A stretch of 64,000 bases of DNA, taken from positions 1-64,000 of the IMG/VR virus record IMGVR_UViG_3300009496_000005, one strand, 5' to 3'. Under the pieces are notes generated by a model that made no database searches, was not told where the DNA came from, and worked only from the letters and a program-made list of their open reading frames with translations. The DNA is from a virus. Within the stretch, counting starts at the first letter, position 1; each line of letters begins with the position of its first letter. Below are positions 58,907-64,000 of the stretch, piece after piece. A program made the position numbers and the translations under genes.

Positions 58907-58944
58907 TAACGAAGGTAAGACTTCACAACAGAGAGAAAGATAGA

Positions 58945-59142
58945 ATGGCAACAGGAAAAGTAAAATGGTTTGATACAACTAAAGGTTTTGGATTTATTAC
59001 ACCAGATGACGGCAGTAAAGATGTGTTTGCACATCATACCGGTATTGCTGGTGATGGATACAAGTCACTTAACGAAGATCAAGAAGTAACTTTTGATGTT
59101 ACTGAAGGTGCGAAAGGACCTCAAGCAAGTAACATAGTATAA
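58945..59142 (+). CDS. cspA: cold-shock protein
   Basis: GKVKWF, KGFGFI (RNP1), DVFAH (RNP2), KGPQA. Confidence 0.95.
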   Translation: MATGKVKWFDTTKGFGFITPDDGSKDVFAHHTGIAGDGYKSLNEDQEVTFDVTEGAKGPQASNIV

Positions 59143-59152
59143 GGAGTATTGT

Positions 59153-59587
59153 ATGAGAAGTATTTGGGTAACATTTAGTAAAGAAGGTATACATAAGTAT
59201 CCTGCGGCATTAGAAGATCCTAATCTAGCAACTGGCGACGAGTATGACGTCAGTTTTCTAGGATACCCTCATAGACATATTTTTCACTTTAAGGTATGGA
59301 TTGAGGTGTTTCATGATGATAGAGACATTGAATTCATACAATTTAAAAGATGGTTGGAGAATCAGTATAGAGATGCTATTCTCCAACTTGATTATAAGTC
59401 ATGCGAGATGATCGCAGATGACTTAGCAGAAACGATCACGGATAGGTATCCAGGTCGTTACATAAAGATTTCAGTAGCCGAAGATAATGAAAACGGTTGC
59501 GAAATGGAGTATCCAGTAGAAGAATTGGATGGTCCAAGTTTTGAGGATACAGACGCAATAGCAGATGTATTCGATAGTTTAAAATAA
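59153..59587 (+). CDS. QueD-like T-fold protein (6-carboxytetrahydropterin synthase-like)
   Basis: HRH metal motif, IEF, SCEMIA, VAEDNENG. Confidence 0.7.
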   Translation: MRSIWVTFSKEGIHKYPAALEDPNLATGDEYDVSFLGYPHRHIFHFKVWIEVFHDDRDIEFIQFKRWLENQYRDAILQLDYKSCEMIADDLAETITDRYPGRYIKISVAEDNENGCEMEYPVEELDGPSFEDTDAIADVFDSLK

Positions 59588-59602
59588 CCAAGGAGAAATA
59601 TA

Positions 59603-59779
59603 ATGGAAACACATTTAAAACTTAAAGCACTCTTCGAAGAGTATATTGCAGAACAGGATAACTTTGAAATCAAATGCGTTAAAGCATCAGCCACAAGAGC
59701 AAGAAAGGCTCTTATGGAGATTTCGAAACTTACTAAAGTTCGTAGACAAGAAATCCAAGACAGAAAGAACTCAATGTAA
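59603..59779 (+). CDS. histone H1-like (Hc1-family) small protein (58 aa, not in ORF track)
   Basis: AAGGAG SD; KASATRARKALMEISKL...R motif. Confidence 0.65.
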   Translation: METHLKLKALFEEYIAEQDNFEIKCVKASATRARKALMEISKLTKVRRQEIQDRKNSM

Positions 59780-59931
59780 TGGAAGAGAAATCAAACACAT
59801 CAAGTGAACCTAAAAAGATTAGCAAAGACGAAGCAGAAAAAATGTCAGACTTTGCACAGAATCTAGATGACCCAATTACTCATGTAGTTGACTATGGTGA
59901 TATAGGACTTGACAAAAACAGTAAAAAGTAG
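59779..59931 (+). CDS. small hypothetical protein (50 aa)
   Basis: TAATG-coupled ORF. Confidence 0.4.
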   Translation: MEEKSNTSSEPKKISKDEAEKMSDFAQNLDDPITHVVDYGDIGLDKNSKK

Positions 59932-59943
59932 TATAATTTTAAT

Positions 59944-60990
59944 ATGAAAGTCTATATCGTAGAGATAGAGCCTGTAGAAACTAGATACACGGCTGAGTGG
60001 AAACAACATTTGCCTAGGCAAATGGAATCTGCTGGGTTAGATGTAACTGTTATACATGGTCCTGATGATGCTCCGGATGATACTACTCCAGGAGCATTCC
60101 TCAATTTCAGTGGCACTAACTACTGGAAGAGCGGACAAATGATGCAAATTGCTAGTTTGTTTGCTGAGGGCAAGATCAACGATGGTGACTACTTTTTATA
60201 TACTGATGCATGGAATCCTACTGTTATACAATTAAAGTATATGGCTGAATTACTAGGCGTCAATATAAAAATAGGTGGAATGTGGCATGCAGGATCATAT
60301 GACCCTGCAGACTTCTTAGGCAGACTTATAGGTGATAAACCTTGGGTTAGAAATGCTGAAAGAAGTATGTATGATTGTTTTGATCATAACTTTTTTGCAA
60401 CACAATTTCATATCGATATGTTTATGGATAACTTTCCAGAAGCAGACACTAATAAACTTTATAGGGTAGGTTGGCCAATGGAATACATGGAAAACTTACT
60501 TTATGATTATGGAAGTGAAGCAAACAAATATGATATGATATTGTTCCCACATAGACTTGCACCTGAAAAGCAAGTCGACATATTTAAAGATTTATCAGAC
60601 AGTATGCCTGATGTAGAGTTTGTTGTTTGTCAAGAACAGACACTAACAAAGGATGAGTATCATATGCTACTAAGCAGAAGTAAAATTGTGTTTAGTGCAA
60701 ATACTCAAGAGACATTAGGTATAAGTTGCTACGAAGGAGCATTAGTAAATGCTTCTCCGTTAGTGCCTGATAGATTAAGTTACACAGAAATGTATGACGA
60801 AGAATATAAGTATCCAAGTGAATGGACGGAGAACTTCGAAACCTACTTGGAACACAAAGATAAACTTATGGCAAAAATAAGGCAAATACTTGGCAAGAGC
60901 AATGAATTACAAAATGAAAAATTGGCATCGCATTTAAGTGAGCACTTTTTTAATGGTAATGCATTGTATAATATAATAGGAAATCAATAA
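59944..60990 (+). CDS. GT-B fold glycosyltransferase
   Basis: FPHRLAPEK, QETLGISCYEG, PLVP. Confidence 0.8.
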   Translation: MKVYIVEIEPVETRYTAEWKQHLPRQMESAGLDVTVIHGPDDAPDDTTPGAFLNFSGTNYWKSGQMMQIASLFAEGKINDGDYFLYTDAWNPTVIQLKYMAELLGVNIKIGGMWHAGSYDPADFLGRLIGDKPWVRNAERSMYDCFDHNFFATQFHIDMFMDNFPEADTNKLYRVGWPMEYMENLLYDYGSEANKYDMILFPHRLAPEKQVDIFKDLSDSMPDVEFVVCQEQTLTKDEYHMLLSRSKIVFSANTQETLGISCYEGALVNASPLVPDRLSYTEMYDEEYKYPSEWTENFETYLEHKDKLMAKIRQILGKSNELQNEKLASHLSEHFFNGNALYNIIGNQ

Positions 60991-61952
60991 TGAGCAACGA
61001 GCAGAAAACAATTTTAGTTACAGGAGGCAGTGGATTTATTGGAAGTGTGACATGTAAGTTTCTAGTAGACTCCGGCTACAATGTAATTAATATCGATAGA
61101 ACAAAAAGACAACAAGAAGGTGTGCATCAATATCCATTTGATATAGACAATCATCAACTAGAAGGTGTTATTGCACTTACAAAACCAGATGCAGTTATAC
61201 ATTTGGCCGCTGACCATAGTGTGCCACTAAGTATAGAAGCACCTGCAGACACATACTATAACAACGTTGCAAACTCAATTGCATTGTTAAAGCATTGTGT
61301 TAGGAATAATGTAAAACATTTCGTCTTTAGTAGTTCAAGTTCTGTGTATGGCAATAGTGATTTCGTTTTAAATACAGAAACAGACCCAACCAACCCTTTA
61401 ACACCATACGGTAAAAGTAAACAAATGATAGAGGAAGTCCTTAAAGACTTTTCTAATGCTTATGAACTATCATTTGCAAGTTTGAGATACTTTAATGCCG
61501 CAGGTAGTTATGAAGGTTTAGGTTACACATTAGATCCAAAGAGTCATTTACTTCCAATAGTTGTAGACAAAGCACTGAAAGGTGAGCCGTTTACTATTAA
61601 TGGTGAGGACTATGATACTAAAGATGGCACATGTGAAAGAGACTACACTCATGTAGCCGATATTGCATCTGCTCATGTATCTGCACTTAACTATCTATTC
61701 GATGGTGGTGGTGGTGGAGTGTTTAACATAGGTGGTGGTAGTAGTAGAAGTATTAAAGACGTAATTGCAGAAGTTGAAAAGCAATTAGATTTAACAATAG
61801 ATACTAAAGTTGGACCAAGAAGAGAAGGAGACCCAGACAAAACATCAGCCAATATTCAAAAGGCATGGGAAGAGTTTGGTTGGGAATCAACTCTTGATTT
61901 AGAAGATATAGTTAGAGATGAAATTGCTTATCAAAAAAGCCTACAAAAATAA
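60990..61952 (+). CDS. galE: UDP-glucose 4-epimerase
   Basis: TGGSGFIG, YGKSK, LRYFNAAG, DGTCERDYTHV. Confidence 0.9.
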   Translation: MSNEQKTILVTGGSGFIGSVTCKFLVDSGYNVINIDRTKRQQEGVHQYPFDIDNHQLEGVIALTKPDAVIHLAADHSVPLSIEAPADTYYNNVANSIALLKHCVRNNVKHFVFSSSSSVYGNSDFVLNTETDPTNPLTPYGKSKQMIEEVLKDFSNAYELSFASLRYFNAAGSYEGLGYTLDPKSHLLPIVVDKALKGEPFTINGEDYDTKDGTCERDYTHVADIASAHVSALNYLFDGGGGGVFNIGGGSSRSIKDVIAEVEKQLDLTIDTKVGPRREGDPDKTSANIQKAWEEFGWESTLDLEDIVRDEIAYQKSLQK

Positions 61953-61988
61953 CTTGACAAATAGGTCTAAAGGAGATATACTATAAGC

Positions 61989-62468
61989 ATGGATAAATTA
62001 TTTTACTCATACAATAACATGGTATCTGACTGTAGACATATAGTGCGAGAAATGGCGCATGAAAGTTACAAGCCTGAAGTTATAATTGGGCCTGGCAGAG
62101 GCGCATATCCTTTTGGTGTTATGCTTAGTCATTACTTTGAAGTTCCGTTTGAAGCATTCCGTTGGCAAACAAGAGACGGTGCAATCGAAGATTCCGAGAC
62201 CTTAAGACACATTTTGTCTAAATACAATGGTAAAACAGTATTAGTTGTAGATGATATTAACGATACTGGCACAACACTAATAGGTATAGATGAAGTTATT
62301 AAAGGATCACAAAGAGTCGATATGGTTACAGCACATCAGGATATAACTTACTCTACACTATTTGATAAAGAGTCTAGTAAGTTTTCTAATGTTAGATTTA
62401 CAGCAAATAATGTTTTACCAGATGAAGAAAAATGGATAGTATTCCCTTACGAGGAGTGGTGGAAATGA
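61989..62468 (+). CDS. purine (xanthine/guanine-type) phosphoribosyltransferase
   Basis: GRG, VLVVDDINDTGTT PRPP motif, WIVFPYE. Confidence 0.85.
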   Translation: MDKLFYSYNNMVSDCRHIVREMAHESYKPEVIIGPGRGAYPFGVMLSHYFEVPFEAFRWQTRDGAIEDSETLRHILSKYNGKTVLVVDDINDTGTTLIGIDEVIKGSQRVDMVTAHQDITYSTLFDKESSKFSNVRFTANNVLPDEEKWIVFPYEEWWK

Positions 62469-62674
62469 AAGAAGCACATATTAGGTCAGTAAGTAGAAGT
62501 AACCCTTCTAAAGGACAGTTTGCATCAATGTTTGTTGTTGACTTGTTTAAGAATAAAGATAAGATAGGTTTTATTGAACTTCCTGGCAAGAGTAAATACT
62601 ATGCTGAAGACGTTGTTGAGAATTGGGAAACAGGTATAATTAAGGAAAACAATGAGCACATTATCAAGTCTTAG
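62465..62674 (+). CDS. hypothetical protein
   Basis: GAGGAG SD; YAEDVVENWETG. Confidence 0.6.
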   Translation: MKEAHIRSVSRSNPSKGQFASMFVVDLFKNKDKIGFIELPGKSKYYAEDVVENWETGIIKENNEHIIKS

Positions 62675-62852
62675 TAATCATCTTAAAGTCTTAGAAGCAA
62701 GACACAAAGAGTTAGATGATAAAATTATTGACGACTACGAACATCACATGGACGATACAGCATTAGCAAACGAAAAGATTGAGAAACTTAATCTTAAAAG
62801 AGAAATAGAAGAACTGAAGGAACGAATTAAGGAGTTAGAAGATGGCAGTTAG
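62652..62852 (+). CDS. DUF465/YdcH-like coiled-coil protein
   Basis: LEARHKELDDKI...KIEKLNLKREI. Confidence 0.65.
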   Translation: MSTLSSLSNHLKVLEARHKELDDKIIDDYEHHMDDTALANEKIEKLNLKREIEELKERIKELEDGS

Positions 62853-63531
62853 TGATACAATTAAGAAAAGGCTACAAGAAGCCGGTGATAGGTTTTGGGC
62901 AGGAGATAATATTTCTGCACACATTCAAGAAGGTGAGAAGCAACAACTGATTGATGAACTTACTCCTAAGTTTGAAGCCGTGTTAGATGGTCTAGTTATC
63001 GATATTGAGAACGATCCTAACAGTAATAACACAGGCAGACGTCTTGCTAAGATGTATGTCAATGAACTAATGAGTGGCAGGTATGACCCTATGCCAGTAG
63101 CAACTGCTTTCCCTAATGACAGTAAAGATAGATACGAAGGCATGTTAGTTGTGCGTAGTGAACTTACAAGTATGTGTTCACATCATCACCAGATTGTTAG
63201 AGGTGTAGCATACATTGGTATTATTGCCGCTGACAAACTAATTGGTTTAAGTAAATATACTCGTATAGCACAATGGTGTGCAATGCGTGGAACATTACAA
63301 GAAGAACTTGCTAACGACATTGTTAGAGAGATTCAGAAGGCCACAGGTGCAGAGCACTTAGGTGTTTATGTGCAGGCAACACACGGTTGCGTAGAGAACA
63401 GAGGTGTTAAAGCACATAGCAGTCTTACACAAACAACTGTTCTTAAAGGTGCATTTAAAGATGACCCTGCTACTAAAAAAGAGTTTATGGATAATATTAA
63501 ATTGCAACAATCATATGCGTGTGATAGATAA
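62842..63531 (+). CDS. folE: GTP cyclohydrolase I
   Basis: SMCSHH, IGLSK, LQE, HGCVENRGV. Confidence 0.95.
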   Translation: MAVSDTIKKRLQEAGDRFWAGDNISAHIQEGEKQQLIDELTPKFEAVLDGLVIDIENDPNSNNTGRRLAKMYVNELMSGRYDPMPVATAFPNDSKDRYEGMLVVRSELTSMCSHHHQIVRGVAYIGIIAADKLIGLSKYTRIAQWCAMRGTLQEELANDIVREIQKATGAEHLGVYVQATHGCVENRGVKAHSSLTQTTVLKGAFKDDPATKKEFMDNIKLQQSYACDR

Positions 63532-64000
63532 TGATAGAAACTAGAAATGCAACTAACACAATGGTCTTAAGTAGATCAGGTGTAAACATTTGGAATATTG
63601 CTGATATGCTTTTAGAAAAGAAATCATTCGAGTTCTTAATGAATAGATTTCCAGTTACTAGAGAAGAAATATTTGCAGTTATAGATGTAGTTGCAGATAG
63701 TAAATGTAATCATGTTGAAGGCGATATTGAATTTAGAGATATTGGCATTGATGGTCATGTATCTTTAGAAACTATAAGCATAAGCGAAGGTATGTATTTT
63801 AATATTATTTCCTTTGCAAGAATATGGTATCCTGAAGAAGATAACTTAACATTCCTTTATGAGAAAGGACTGAGTTATATTTTGATAGAAATATTTACAG
63901 ATATAAGTAACGGAGTAGATACCTATATAGATAATGATTTGCATGACATAGTATATCATGCAGTCAAATATGCAGTAGGTCCTATAACTGATCCTAACTT
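63531..64000 (+). CDS. hypothetical protein, truncated by window end (DUF433-like N-terminus)
   Basis: TAATG coupling; open to end; FPVTREEIFAVI. Confidence 0.5.
   Translation, partial: MIETRNATNTMVLSRSGVNIWNIADMLLEKKSFEFLMNRFPVTREEIFAVIDVVADSKCNHVEGDIEFRDIGIDGHVSLETISISEGMYFNIISFARIWYPEEDNLTFLYEKGLSYILIEIFTDISNGVDTYIDNDLHDIVYHAVKYAVGPITDPN

Noticed and set aside
1-64000. Stop-codon reassignment, tRNA genes, introns or inteins
   Set aside because: Conserved genes are full length with TAA/TAG/TGA stops; no cloverleaf recognised; PolB and ClpA are uninterrupted

Overview
AT-rich (roughly one-third GC) segment of a large T4-like/jumbo myovirus genome, probably marine and probably infecting a Gram-negative proteobacterium (inferred from the spanin pair, two outer-membrane beta-barrels and proteobacterial-type ClpP/FdxA/CspA). 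Standard genetic code; dense, mostly + strand. Replication: family-B DNA polymerase, probable sliding clamp, clamp loader, ATP-dependent ligase split by one frameshift, 157-aa DnaE fragment. Proteostasis: ClpP, ClpA-type ATPase, DnaJ, GroES. Host-like metabolism: NadE, SufE, ferredoxin, PhoH, two radical SAM enzymes, three 2OG-Fe(II) oxygenases, Ugd, GalE. Also lysis genes, three large virion/tail-fibre genes, and a 7-deazaguanine cluster (DpdA/TGT-like, QueD-like, FolE) interleaved with glycosyltransferases and a purine phosphoribosyltransferase. The most striking non-coding signals: (1) a tandem glnA-class glutamine riboswitch on a late-promoter transcript leading into an unannotated 54-aa basic peptide; (2) systematic leaderless starts (TAAATA-N5-ATG seven times; sigma70 -10-N6/7-ATG six times); (3) a candidate late sRNA exposing an anti-Shine-Dalgarno loop; (4) further structured leaders, including a terminator inside the phoH leader. 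Two apparent pseudo-enzymes are present: an ACP lacking the pantetheinylation Ser and an HppD-like protein lacking metal ligands. All family assignments are from motif recognition by eye; no searches were run.
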